From IMG/VR virus record IMGVR_UViG_3300023235_000008, positions 124,001-188,000 of that record: a stretch of 64,000 bases of DNA, one strand, 5' to 3'. Positions 8,931 to 18,121 of this stretch are shown here, in pieces. The stretch's first letter is position 1. Every line of letters begins with the position of its first letter. A model generated the notes under the pieces. That model was not told where the DNA came from. It did no database searches and was given only the letters and a program-made list of their open reading frames with translations. The position numbers and the translations under genes were made by a program.

Positions 8931-10023
8931 TGTTCCATTCACTGGAAACAAAATACATTGGGATACACATAAAAACGAGTATCTTCAAGTATTTGATGAA
9001 GTGTTGTCTACAGGCAAGTGGCAAGGCAATGACACCAGCGAAGCCCTTGAGAGTGCCCTAGTATCGATCACAGGGCGTAACCACGCTATCTTAGTAGGTA
9101 GTGGCACCGAAGCATTATATTTGGCTACGAGGGCGCTTGACGATGGTAAACCAGACGTTATCCTTCCAGCATATAGTTTTTCAGCAACAGCATCGGCGGT
9201 AGTTAGGGCTGGTAAGAATCCTGTGTTTATTGACGTGAACTTGTACGGGTTGATGACTCCGCCACGTCCATCACAAATCAATAGCGACACCAGTATTATT
9301 ATGCCAGTACATATGTATGGTAGAAATACACAAGGAAACACTTATAATATCAACACGATTATTGATAATGCCCAAGGGTTTCGTCGCAATCAATACGCAT
9401 TTAAAAATGGCACCATACAATGCCTGAGTTTTGATCCAATGAAAACGCTGCCCGCATTTGGTAGTGCGGGTGCTATACTTTGTGACGATCCTGTGCTGGC
9501 ATTTTTGATTAAAGGTCTGCGAAACAATAGTCCGTATTCACCGTTGCCAAGCCAAAACAGCCAAGTTCCCGCAATCATTTCAGCAGGATTATTAGTATCC
9601 CTTAACAAATATTTCAATGAATGGAATGCACGTAGAGGAACTATTTCAAAAATGTATATTGATCATATTCCCCTTGCGTATCAAGATATGTATCCTGACT
9701 TAACATCATATCACAAGTTTCCTATCTATTCTTCTAATCGTGATGAAATGGCAGAATATTTAAAAGAACGTGGTATTGAAACAAAAGTCCATTACTCCTA
9801 TACCTTGCCAGAACTCGATCAGTTTGGCGGGATGCCAGCAGAAGAAGCGAAAGAAAAGTTTCCTAATGCGTATTTGTTATCACGTAACGAGTTGTCATTG
9901 CCGATTTATCCGCAAATGACGAATGAACAAGTATGGTATGTTATTGAATGCGTCAATGACTTTATGCGGCTAACGATTTCCGAAGATGTTCATCAACCCA
10001 ATCCCATTCGTAACTTAGTTTAA
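8911..10023 (+). CDS. DegT/DnrJ/EryC1/StrS sugar aminotransferase
   Basis: SGTEAL, PVHMYG, DNAQG, SFDPMKTL (PLP lysine), LSLPIYP. Confidence 0.9.
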   Translation: MPKALIDVPFTGNKIHWDTHKNEYLQVFDEVLSTGKWQGNDTSEALESALVSITGRNHAILVGSGTEALYLATRALDDGKPDVILPAYSFSATASAVVRAGKNPVFIDVNLYGLMTPPRPSQINSDTSIIMPVHMYGRNTQGNTYNINTIIDNAQGFRRNQYAFKNGTIQCLSFDPMKTLPAFGSAGAILCDDPVLAFLIKGLRNNSPYSPLPSQNSQVPAIISAGLLVSLNKYFNEWNARRGTISKMYIDHIPLAYQDMYPDLTSYHKFPIYSSNRDEMAEYLKERGIETKVHYSYTLPELDQFGGMPAEEAKEKFPNAYLLSRNELSLPIYPQMTNEQVWYVIECVNDFMRLTISEDVHQPNPIRNLV

Positions 10024-11290
10024 GCATTTCGGGGTCACCGTTTACTTCATTGTAAAAACGCACGGCTTCCTTTGCACCACTAACACTCATTTCACCGTTT
10101 TCCCCATTGCCAATCGTTGTCCAACAATGCAAACGATATTCTGTTTCTACAGTGTAGTTTGTATCCATTGCTTGCCGTAGTTTCAATGCTTCTCGGAATG
10201 CAGTACGCCAAGTTACTTCAGGTTCGGTATCGAAACGTGCTACACAACTTAACTCTGGAATCACCGCATGTGGGGCGGAAAGGGTAAAGTCAATACCAAT
10301 GGGATTAGGTGGATTCAGAACAAGATCACGATTATAGGCAATAACGCCCATATGCCCGTATTCAAGACCGTTAACTGGATTCTTTGCGTGAAAGATATAA
10401 TGCTTCGGCGCTTGCATATAATCAGGTTGCCAATCAAAATCAAAATCATCATCGATTTCACACTTAGCAAACACCGCAAAAAACCATGCGGTCGATGCAA
10501 GCGAAGCAGCACGTTGATATGCTTCTGTCCGTCCTTTTATTCCATCTATTCGCTGCAATGAGTTTCCACGAACCAATGCCTCTATGCGTAGCTTCTCGTA
10601 GTTTTCATCAGCAATCTTTTCGCCATTAGAAATAAAAACGATATCCAGCATTTCATCGCACTGTATGTTACTGTAACGATAATCGATATGGGGATAATCA
10701 TATATCTGTTCTTTGATTTTACCACGACATTGGCGGGGAACCAATAATACTGACCCGGATTTATTTAATGGATAAACATATTTCGCATCCCATAAAGTAG
10801 GCATTCCTTCGCCAAATCGGTGCGGCATTTCAGTAATAGAACTCACAACTGAATAGTAATCCGTGACTTCGTTGGCTACTGTAACAGGGTCACTCGTGTC
10901 AATACTACTCAATGGAAAACGTGACACGCCGGGATAATGATAATGAACGTCTTTAAACCATTCTAGCTTTTCTAATGGAACATCTTGTGCCAAAAACTCT
11001 CTCACTGGAATAAGAAATGTATCACCTTGTTGTTGTTCGCCCGATGCCCAGCAATGTATTTGGGAAGCTTCCCAAGGTGCGGAACGATAGTTAAAGTCAA
11101 AGAAAGAATAATCACACACAGACGAAACAATCCATACGTAGTCAGTTGTCGCCTTACTCACACAACGACGAATAGTTTCTAAATGTGTTCCAAAATATCG
11201 GGTGTGTGTCGAGTGCATAGGCACACCGTAGTTAAACATATCATTTCGCTGTTCTTGATTGCCAAAATCCATTACGAAAACGTCATACAT
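9962..11290 (-). CDS. Glycosyltransferase-like protein (two GT-A-like halves)
   Basis: DIVFISNGE…NPVNGLEYGH…WRTAFRE; paralogous to 24139..25053. Confidence 0.65.
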   Translation of the reverse strand: MYDVFVMDFGNQEQRNDMFNYGVPMHSTHTRYFGTHLETIRRCVSKATTDYVWIVSSVCDYSFFDFNYRSAPWEASQIHCWASGEQQQGDTFLIPVREFLAQDVPLEKLEWFKDVHYHYPGVSRFPLSSIDTSDPVTVANEVTDYYSVVSSITEMPHRFGEGMPTLWDAKYVYPLNKSGSVLLVPRQCRGKIKEQIYDYPHIDYRYSNIQCDEMLDIVFISNGEKIADENYEKLRIEALVRGNSLQRIDGIKGRTEAYQRAASLASTAWFFAVFAKCEIDDDFDFDWQPDYMQAPKHYIFHAKNPVNGLEYGHMGVIAYNRDLVLNPPNPIGIDFTLSAPHAVIPELSCVARFDTEPEVTWRTAFREALKLRQAMDTNYTVETEYRLHCWTTIGNGENGEMSVSGAKEAVRFYNEVNGDPEMLKLSYEWDWVDEHLRKSLAA

Positions 11291-12912
11291 TATAATACTC
11301 TTACACCATATTCTTTTTCAAAGCGGTCTGCATCATTTCGATCATTGACCATCGGTTCGCCTCTTATGTTCAATGAAGTATTTAGAAGCATAGGGCATCC
11401 ACCGCTATAAAAATACCATTGCTCTAATAACTGTCTGATACCAGACTTACAATCCTTCGGAACAGTTTGAACTCGTGCAGTGTTATCAACGTGCTGAATG
11501 GCAGGATAATCTGCATAATATTTAGGTTTAAGTTTAGATACGTATTGCATATACTCCGAACTACCGTATGCCATTTCAAAATACTCTTCTGCATATTCTT
11601 CAAGTATGACAGGGGCAAAAGGACGGAACTTCTGTCTGCGTTTGATTTCGTTTACTTTGTCTTTAATATCGATTCCACGTGGGTCTGCAAGCAATGAACG
11701 GTTACCAAGCGCACGTGGTCCGAACTCGGCTCGTCCATTAGCAATGCCCACTATTTTAGTTGACATCAACTCTTTTATAAGGTTAGCCACTGGATATTCA
11801 CCGGGGATATCTGTTCCTAAGAATGGGCTTTCCCATTTAAGCTTTTTACCAAGTGACAATGCAGCTGCGCCCAAACTGGAACCAGCATCGCCGGGATTTG
11901 GCATAATCCACAGATAGTCACACTCACGCTTCTCACCGTTATAAAAAGATCGCAGTTCAATGTCAAGAATGGAAGGATATATACGATTGTTGGCAACACA
12001 GTTTAGCGCAACGCCGCCCATATAAACAAAGTTGGCAGTTTTATACTTGGTAGCTAATACAACAGCATAATCGAATACTCGTCTAATAACACGTTCCACC
12101 ACATACTGACCAGCAGCAGCAATATCTTCAGATGCCATTGCATTTTTAACAATACCATCGGGCATCCCGATGTGAAAGTTATGTTCCGATTTGAAATGAA
12201 AATCATGACCGTGTATGGAAATATCTACCAACTCATCACTGAAAGTTTTATTCCAGTTACTGGGATTTCCGTATGCAGCCATTCCCATCGTAATGTATTC
12301 TTCTTCGTTAGGCTTTAACCCACACGCTTTAGTAATGGCTGAATAATATAATCCTAATGAATGTGGATATTTAACTGAATCAAGTTTAGTATATTTGATT
12401 TCCTGTCTTCCCATATGAAAACGGTCACACTCTGCCAACCAGAATGAAAAACAATCCCATTCGCCAATGGCATCAATCACTACACATATAGCACGGTCAA
12501 ATCCGCTTGTTTGGAAACCTGCGGCGGCATGTGATTTATGATGTGAATAAGTTTTAATTGGAATTTTATCAAAGTCGTTGCCTACATAATCACGTAAGTA
12601 TTTACGTGGACTGAAAGGCATACTGAATAAACTCTTTTCACCCGAATAGATTTGGCGGGTATGTTTAAGCAATGGCTTTTCATACCACGCAATCTCGGTA
12701 ATAGGTTCGTCGGTATACGAACATGCTTCGGCAAGCAACTCCATATTCAAATCGGGGTCGTTCTTTTTGCGTGAATATCGTTCTGCATGTCCTGCAAACA
12801 CGATTTCACCATCTTTGTTTACTACTGATGCAGATGCATCATGATATCCAGCACTAAGCCCTAAAATAGAAATATTTTTCTTCCCATTCTGGTATGTAAT
12901 CTCTGCGATCAA
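11290..12912 (-). CDS. O-carbamoyltransferase (NodU/CmcH family)
   Basis: YHDAS, ERYSRKKND, HHKSHAA, DAIGE, GGVALNC, EFGPRALGNRS, FRPFAP, LLNTSLN. Confidence 0.95.
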   Translation of the reverse strand: MIAEITYQNGKKNISILGLSAGYHDASASVVNKDGEIVFAGHAERYSRKKNDPDLNMELLAEACSYTDEPITEIAWYEKPLLKHTRQIYSGEKSLFSMPFSPRKYLRDYVGNDFDKIPIKTYSHHKSHAAAGFQTSGFDRAICVVIDAIGEWDCFSFWLAECDRFHMGRQEIKYTKLDSVKYPHSLGLYYSAITKACGLKPNEEEYITMGMAAYGNPSNWNKTFSDELVDISIHGHDFHFKSEHNFHIGMPDGIVKNAMASEDIAAAGQYVVERVIRRVFDYAVVLATKYKTANFVYMGGVALNCVANNRIYPSILDIELRSFYNGEKRECDYLWIMPNPGDAGSSLGAAALSLGKKLKWESPFLGTDIPGEYPVANLIKELMSTKIVGIANGRAEFGPRALGNRSLLADPRGIDIKDKVNEIKRRQKFRPFAPVILEEYAEEYFEMAYGSSEYMQYVSKLKPKYYADYPAIQHVDNTARVQTVPKDCKSGIRQLLEQWYFYSGGCPMLLNTSLNIRGEPMVNDRNDADRFEKEYGVRVL

Positions 12913-13012
12913 TACCTTTTAATTTATCTTGAAAATCAAGCTGATTGATTGTTTCGGCGGTAACTTCCCGCCCGTACCAAGGCTGTACACAAAATGTGTC
13001 AGAGTTTTTCAT
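12854..13012 (-). pseudogene. Internally deleted radical SAM gene remnant (52 aa)
   Basis: MKNSDTFCVQPW joined to QDKLKGIDRRDYIPEW, matching the N- and C-termini of the neighbouring rSAM paralogs with the core missing. Confidence 0.7.
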
Positions 13013-13628
13013 ACAGTTTCTCCGCTACCTTTAAATGTCCTTCTGGTCCGGGATGACCTTTCGGCATAAGCGGGGTTCCATATATCCACTCTACCATGCC
13101 TTCATCTGGCCACCCTAGAAATCGTGTAGTATTAATGTATTCATATTCAGGCAAATCGTATTTCTTTATAAGTTCCTGATTACCGAACCCATTTATCATA
13201 ATATACGGCATATTATAGTTTTCAAGAAAGCTTTGCAATGATATTACTTGCCATATCCATTTAGTAAAAGCAAACTGCTCATCCCACCATACCTTATAAT
13301 ATTCATCTATGAACTTTACACCCTGATTTGTCCAGCGTATGTTGGTCTGCAAAGGACCAGTGTAGTTTTTATAACCGGGCGTATTTACTGGTAAATTCGC
13401 ATGAAGTTCAAGTCTATTTGTCTCCGACCATTGGACAACTACCATATCTGGCTTATATATCAAACATTGTTCCATTGTCGTGCGTTGAATATAATCATTG
13501 CTCGCTCCCATCATTCCAGCATTGATGACTGCTTGTTTCATCATTAGACCAAGCTGCGATGGATAAGATTGGTGGCGATATTCAAGTTCTTCACCATACG
13601 TGAAGCTACATCCTGTGCATAAAATCAT
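12999..13628 (-). CDS. SGNH/GDSL-like hydrolase or acyltransferase
   Basis: GCSFTYG, GASND, QWS, HPGPEGH. Confidence 0.8.
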   Translation of the reverse strand: MILCTGCSFTYGEELEYRHQSYPSQLGLMMKQAVINAGMMGASNDYIQRTTMEQCLIYKPDMVVVQWSETNRLELHANLPVNTPGYKNYTGPLQTNIRWTNQGVKFIDEYYKVWWDEQFAFTKWIWQVISLQSFLENYNMPYIMINGFGNQELIKKYDLPEYEYINTTRFLGWPDEGMVEWIYGTPLMPKGHPGPEGHLKVAEKLYEKL

Positions 13629-13729
13629 TTATACAGGAAAGGATCACGACGTTTAAGCTCTTTTAAACGTTTACGATATCTGATTTCAAGCTTGATTTTA
13701 TTCCAAAGGTTTTTAAAAATGTTCATCAT
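13625..13729 (-). CDS. Basic 34-aa microprotein MMNIFKNLWNKIKLEIRYRKRLKELKRRDPFLYK (not in ORF track)
   Basis: ATGA overlap with the SGNH gene; ATAAATA immediately upstream. Confidence 0.7.
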   Translation of the reverse strand: MMNIFKNLWNKIKLEIRYRKRLKELKRRDPFLYK

Positions 13730-13733
13730 ATAT

Positions 13734-14756
13734 TTATTCCCAAGTATAATCGTATATATATTCTTTATCATCTACCGCAATCTTGTATACATCAAAATGA
13801 TTACCAATAGTATTCCATAAATCTTCAGGAGTTCCGCTATAATCTATTTTAGCGATAGGAAGATATCCTAAACTTAGTTTTGGGTCAGTATAAGATAAAT
13901 TGTTTTGTAGTATCCAAGATTTAAATCTATCAATTTCGCCAGTATGCCATTCGTGTTGTCCATAACGTACGTCACGACCAAATTCAATATCAAATTCACC
14001 TGAATAATATTCCAGTTGCGTGATAGCATCACATACCGTTTTGGTAAGTTCGGGGGCTTCTTCATCACGCCATACTTCAAATAATGTCTTGCCAATTTGT
14101 GCCCAATGCATATAAACATATCCAAATTTACGGTCGTAACCATTTTGAACAAATAACTTTCGGTGTTCATCGGTTAATTTATATCTTGGTGCATTTTTAA
14201 ACGATGTAATTTGGCTTGGTCTTATCCATTCGGGGCTTCTAATAGCTTTGCGTTGCGACAATACCAGACTTTCTACTTCATGACATAATAAATTTAATTG
14301 CTGTATAGCCCGTTTTGTTTTTTCTTGTGCTTCATTATATAACGGACTTATTTTACCCACTGTTCCTTGTAGGATTTCAAAATGATTATGTAAGCGATTC
14401 ATAATAAGATGTTTAATCGTAAGACCGAGCATCCATTCGCCCAACGGATACCCGTCATTAAAACGCACGGTGTCGGGCGTAAAGTAATCTTCGATTACAT
14501 AATCAATTGGATCGTTATTGATTGTTTGTATATGTGTGTTAAGCTCGTTACATAGATAATCCAAATCACGTGGCGTATTTGGGAATCCATGAAAACAAAA
14601 CCCTTTTTCAATACGATTCTTGTTTATCAATAGTTCTTTTAATGCGTGTTTCCAATCATGTGCCAATGGATTGTCCAATATAACAATAGGGAATGTTACT
14701 GTATTGCCATTGGATATATTCCTGTATGTTATTTCAATCATTTCTTCCATATCCAT
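13734..14756 (-). CDS. Hypothetical protein of the glycan-modification operon
   Basis: 340-aa ORF; LNLLCHEVE, YMHWAQIGKT. Confidence 0.75.
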   Translation of the reverse strand: MDMEEMIEITYRNISNGNTVTFPIVILDNPLAHDWKHALKELLINKNRIEKGFCFHGFPNTPRDLDYLCNELNTHIQTINNDPIDYVIEDYFTPDTVRFNDGYPLGEWMLGLTIKHLIMNRLHNHFEILQGTVGKISPLYNEAQEKTKRAIQQLNLLCHEVESLVLSQRKAIRSPEWIRPSQITSFKNAPRYKLTDEHRKLFVQNGYDRKFGYVYMHWAQIGKTLFEVWRDEEAPELTKTVCDAITQLEYYSGEFDIEFGRDVRYGQHEWHTGEIDRFKSWILQNNLSYTDPKLSLGYLPIAKIDYSGTPEDLWNTIGNHFDVYKIAVDDKEYIYDYTWE

Positions 14757-15049
14757 TTATCAGGTATTTCAGTTGCGCCATCTATCGGCGCTGGTTTATG
14801 GACTTTGCCAAACAATATCGGCGGCATAGCTGGATATTCTGCACCCCGCACCATTCCTGCGCAACGATAACCAAAACTTATGATATGTGGGCCTGCGTTT
14901 AACCCAACGCTTGAACCGTAGTAGTTATAATCTATCTTCGCAAATCGACAAGTTCGCTGCATATCGTCACGGGCACAGTTTTCGCACGTCCGATCCTTCA
15001 ACTCTGGTTGGGATAACATATCCCAAAACTCTTTTTTATTCTTTTTCAT
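14738..15049 (-). CDS. FW-tag microprotein, CxxC/WxW class
   Basis: NKKEFWDMLSQP…CENC…WIWKK. Confidence 0.75.
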   Translation of the reverse strand: MKKNKKEFWDMLSQPELKDRTCENCARDDMQRTCRFAKIDYNYYGSSVGLNAGPHIISFGYRCAGMVRGAEYPAMPPILFGKVHKPAPIDGATEIPDKWIWKK

Positions 15050-15611
15050 TAATCATATTAATACCTAAGATGGCTTGACCTCTTGCATCAGTTAATGCAG
15101 TGTGATCGTGTGGAAACTTTTCAAACCAATTCTTTGGGTAATTCCTCTTTGCACTTTTTCTATAATCTAGACCTAATTTACCCGCTGCATAGCTTTTTAG
15201 ATCAAGTCCAGAAAAACCACACGGGTCTTCGCCAGCATACTTTATCAAATACCAATGATGAAACATAAAATCAAAACACGCTGGATACCCCATAAAAATA
15301 GGACGCTTTGGTAATACTTTTAAAAACTCCAAATACAGCTTCATACCACCTTCTGGCGATACGATGTTATGTCGGTGATGCGCCCACGCCTCTGGTTGTG
15401 TATCATTCAAGAACCACTCAAATGTTCCATCTTCACTTTCAATAGCAGGACCATCTTCTCTATGTCGTTCGCCATTCAAGTACCAAACTTTGGTGCCAGA
15501 TGTATATTCAATAGCAGGACCATCTTCTCTATGTAGTTCGCCATTCAAGAACCATTGTTTGTTACCATTTGCATCGGTATGAATTCCATTTTTCATGATT
15601 TTAACTTCCAC
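15036..15611 (-). CDS. Fusion of HREDGPA repeats to an N-truncated DEDDh 3'-5' exonuclease-like domain
   Basis: Two NGE(L/R)HREDGPAIE repeats, then GYPACFDFMF, LDLKSY, HTALTDA; the N-terminal DxE motif is absent. Confidence 0.7.
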   Translation of the reverse strand: MEVKIMKNGIHTDANGNKQWFLNGELHREDGPAIEYTSGTKVWYLNGERHREDGPAIESEDGTFEWFLNDTQPEAWAHHRHNIVSPEGGMKLYLEFLKVLPKRPIFMGYPACFDFMFHHWYLIKYAGEDPCGFSGLDLKSYAAGKLGLDYRKSAKRNYPKNWFEKFPHDHTALTDARGQAILGINMINEKE

Positions 15612-15802
15612 CAGAACTGTTGTTCTTTAGTTAGCACATCTTCCATTTTTACTTTATTGTCATTCAAGTACCAATATTTGTCGCCATCTGCATATTCAAT
15701 CGCAGGACCATCTTCGCGATGTCGTTCGCCATTCATGTACCAATGTTTGTCGCCATCTGCATCGGTATGCATCCCATCTGTTCTCATGATTTCAAATCTC
15801 AT
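15593..15802 (-). CDS. HREDGPA-repeat microprotein with a C-terminal FW tag
   Basis: NGERHREDGPAIEY; ends LTKEQQFWWKLKS. Confidence 0.75.
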   Translation of the reverse strand: MRFEIMRTDGMHTDADGDKHWYMNGERHREDGPAIEYADGDKYWYLNDNKVKMEDVLTKEQQFWWKLKS

Positions 15803-16024
15803 CTATTGGTTTCCACATGGGTAGTGATAATCCCGCTCGGTTCGCATATAGAGGATCGTGTCCGGGATTTTCTATACGAAAATAGCAAGTAGCAGTTCTT
15901 TTATTACTCACATGATAGGGTTCACCACATAGCGCGGCATGATACATGCGCAATTATCACAAGTTCTATCCAATACAGGAATAGACTTTAATGCTTCCCA
16001 AAACTGTTCTTTATTTAATGTCAT
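15792..16024 (-). pseudogene. FW-tag CxxC microgene with a 2-bp frameshift
   Basis: MTLNKEQFWEALKSIPVLDRTCDNC; removing one GC at ~15948-15951 continues MYHAALC…C…MWKPIDEI*, coupled to the start at 15802. Confidence 0.7.
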
Positions 16025-17360
16025 TCCAAAAATCCAAGGCGGCATCGTTATGTTTACCGAATATTTCAATCATAGTGATGGGTTGCATGCGAATACTTTC
16101 AAGATACTCAATACGCTTCTTACCTTTTCTACGACCTTCTTCAAAATCGTCTGGATACTTATTTTCCATAGTATCACGAGCAAGGAGATTTGTCAACACG
16201 TCAATGAGTGGTTTTTGATTACGGTCGGCTAATGGGGTCAACTCGTCTATCAACTCGTGGAGTATAGGATGCAGAACATCTTTTGGCAACCATAATGGAC
16301 ACATTGCCACACTGCTATCAAACTCAAAACAGACTTTAGACAAGATTTGGGTGTTATATTTTTTGGATAGGTGAAACATATTACGAACCTCGAATAAGCC
16401 GGGTGTTGTTAATGTGAAATCCAGTCTCATTTGGTTTGGTTTTTGTTGTGAAGTCAATCCTTCTTCAAAGTGTTTAATGAACTTTTGGTAGTCAAGTCCT
16501 GTTCGTATATATTCACCAATGACTCCTGTACCATCAATGCTCGCACACACTTGCCAATCCCTAAATGATTTCAACACGGTGAACAATGAAGCGTTTTTCG
16601 ATATACCGTGTCCTGACTTATTATAAATCTCACTTAGATTAGTGTTATAACGGGCATACACCTTTGACGAATGACCTGTGCGGACAAGAATCTCCATTGT
16701 TTCCCAATGCTCTTTGAACATAAGCGGTTCGCCACCAACCCAGTATATTTCTTCTAATGATTTATTAACTATGGCGTCACGTAACTCACCATACATATCA
16801 GATTGATTGTTTGCTAACTCTTTTTTATATTTCATCCAAGGGTGAAACTGGCCAGCATACTCGTCATTTTTTTTAACTTCTGATTCCCAAGATGAACTAA
16901 GCATCGGTCCACACATACGACATTTGAAGTTGCATAAGTTGCTGAACCGATAGTCAAAGCTTACAGGCTGGCCGTTGTAGTGCCCGTCTGGGTCCGTGTT
17001 TGCAATAACCTCATCCCACTTATCACCAAACAGGTGCTCAAAGTAATCGCGGTATACACTTGTGTTTAGAAGCTTACCAGTGCACACTTCACACTCAGGC
17101 AGAACTTCGTTGTTCATCATACGAAGCCTCACGCTTTTCATATGATCACTATTCCAATGTTCTTTGAGACTAGGTATAGAGAAAGTTTGCTGCTTTTCAA
17201 AAAAAGCCATTACTTCTTCTTTGGATTTGTTCTCCATGCTATCGTTAGTATCTATGTATTGTTTAAAGTTAGTAGATGGTTCGCGACTAGCACAACAGAG
17301 TCTGCGTTCACCTTGCGGTGAACAATAGCTGTGTACCCACGGGGCAATGCATTTGGTCAT
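16011..17360 (-). CDS. Radical SAM enzyme with N-terminal twitch/SPASM-like Cys domain
   Basis: CIAPW…CC…CEVC; CNFKCRMC; GGEPL; SIDG; EYIR. Confidence 0.9.
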   Translation of the reverse strand: MTKCIAPWVHSYCSPQGERRLCCASREPSTNFKQYIDTNDSMENKSKEEVMAFFEKQQTFSIPSLKEHWNSDHMKSVRLRMMNNEVLPECEVCTGKLLNTSVYRDYFEHLFGDKWDEVIANTDPDGHYNGQPVSFDYRFSNLCNFKCRMCGPMLSSSWESEVKKNDEYAGQFHPWMKYKKELANNQSDMYGELRDAIVNKSLEEIYWVGGEPLMFKEHWETMEILVRTGHSSKVYARYNTNLSEIYNKSGHGISKNASLFTVLKSFRDWQVCASIDGTGVIGEYIRTGLDYQKFIKHFEEGLTSQQKPNQMRLDFTLTTPGLFEVRNMFHLSKKYNTQILSKVCFEFDSSVAMCPLWLPKDVLHPILHELIDELTPLADRNQKPLIDVLTNLLARDTMENKYPDDFEEGRRKGKKRIEYLESIRMQPITMIEIFGKHNDAALDFWNDIK

Positions 17361-17716
17361 AGATTTGCGACAATCCTTTTCAATTCTGCAATTTTAGGCT
17401 TATTCTTCTCTATCATGAAGTCGTGAAACCCATTATGAAACCACTTATAATTATTATAACATACATCGGTTACATTTTCCATACAAAGTTTTTGTATGCT
17501 ATCCAATATACCAATAAATCTTAAATCATCTTCGGTTTCTGATCGCAACTTACTTTCAAGGTCGCGGATTGGTACTATAAAATCGCCATCATAATCTGAT
17601 AACAGAATGCTTTCCCATCCCATCGCATACAGCATATTGCGGGTGGCGGTCGATGCAGATTTAGCTATCGGGACAACGCCAAGGTCTTTTTTCGGAGACA
17701 CTATTACTTCAATCAT
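17357..17716 (-). CDS. Sulfotransferase-family-like short protein (possibly truncated)
   Basis: PIAKSAST (5'-PSB-like) and IRDLESKLRS (3'-PB-like). Confidence 0.45.
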   Translation of the reverse strand: MIEVIVSPKKDLGVVPIAKSASTATRNMLYAMGWESILLSDYDGDFIVPIRDLESKLRSETEDDLRFIGILDSIQKLCMENVTDVCYNNYKWFHNGFHDFMIEKNKPKIAELKRIVANL

Positions 17717-17925
17717 ATCGGTTTTCTACTTGTGATTTTTTTCGCTATCAAAATGACCTCGTAATCTTCTGCTTCTTTTCTTCTTTTGAAATCTGCTGGG
17801 TCTTCACACAAACTATCAAAGAAATCTTTTTTATCACGGCATTCTATTTCTTCGGGGGTTATTTCTACCGCCGCTTCATCAATGCGTGTTAATAAATCTT
17901 TAAAAAAATCGCTATCGTCAGTCAT
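17713..17925 (-). CDS. Microprotein with two FF variants of the tag
   Basis: DSDFFKDLL and DKKDFFDSLCEDP. Confidence 0.55.
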   Translation of the reverse strand: MTDDSDFFKDLLTRIDEAAVEITPEEIECRDKKDFFDSLCEDPADFKRRKEAEDYEVILIAKKITSRKPI

Positions 17926-18121
17926 TATATTTCCATTCCCATTTACTTCCAAGTTGTTGAAGTTGAAGTTTACACATAGTTCTTGCGTATTTGTTATCCG
18001 TTATCGGAAAGTCACAGTGCGACAAGTCATATGGATTGCCGTCCTCGGGCAAATACTTGCAACTTTCGCAAGACTTTACGCCATCCCATTCCAAGGCTTT
18101 CCAAAACTTATCTTTATTCAT
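17918..18121 (-). CDS. FW-tag microprotein, CxxC/WxW class
   Basis: MNKDKFWKAL…CESC…C…C…WEWKYND. Confidence 0.8.
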   Translation of the reverse strand: MNKDKFWKALEWDGVKSCESCKYLPEDGNPYDLSHCDFPITDNKYARTMCKLQLQQLGSKWEWKYND

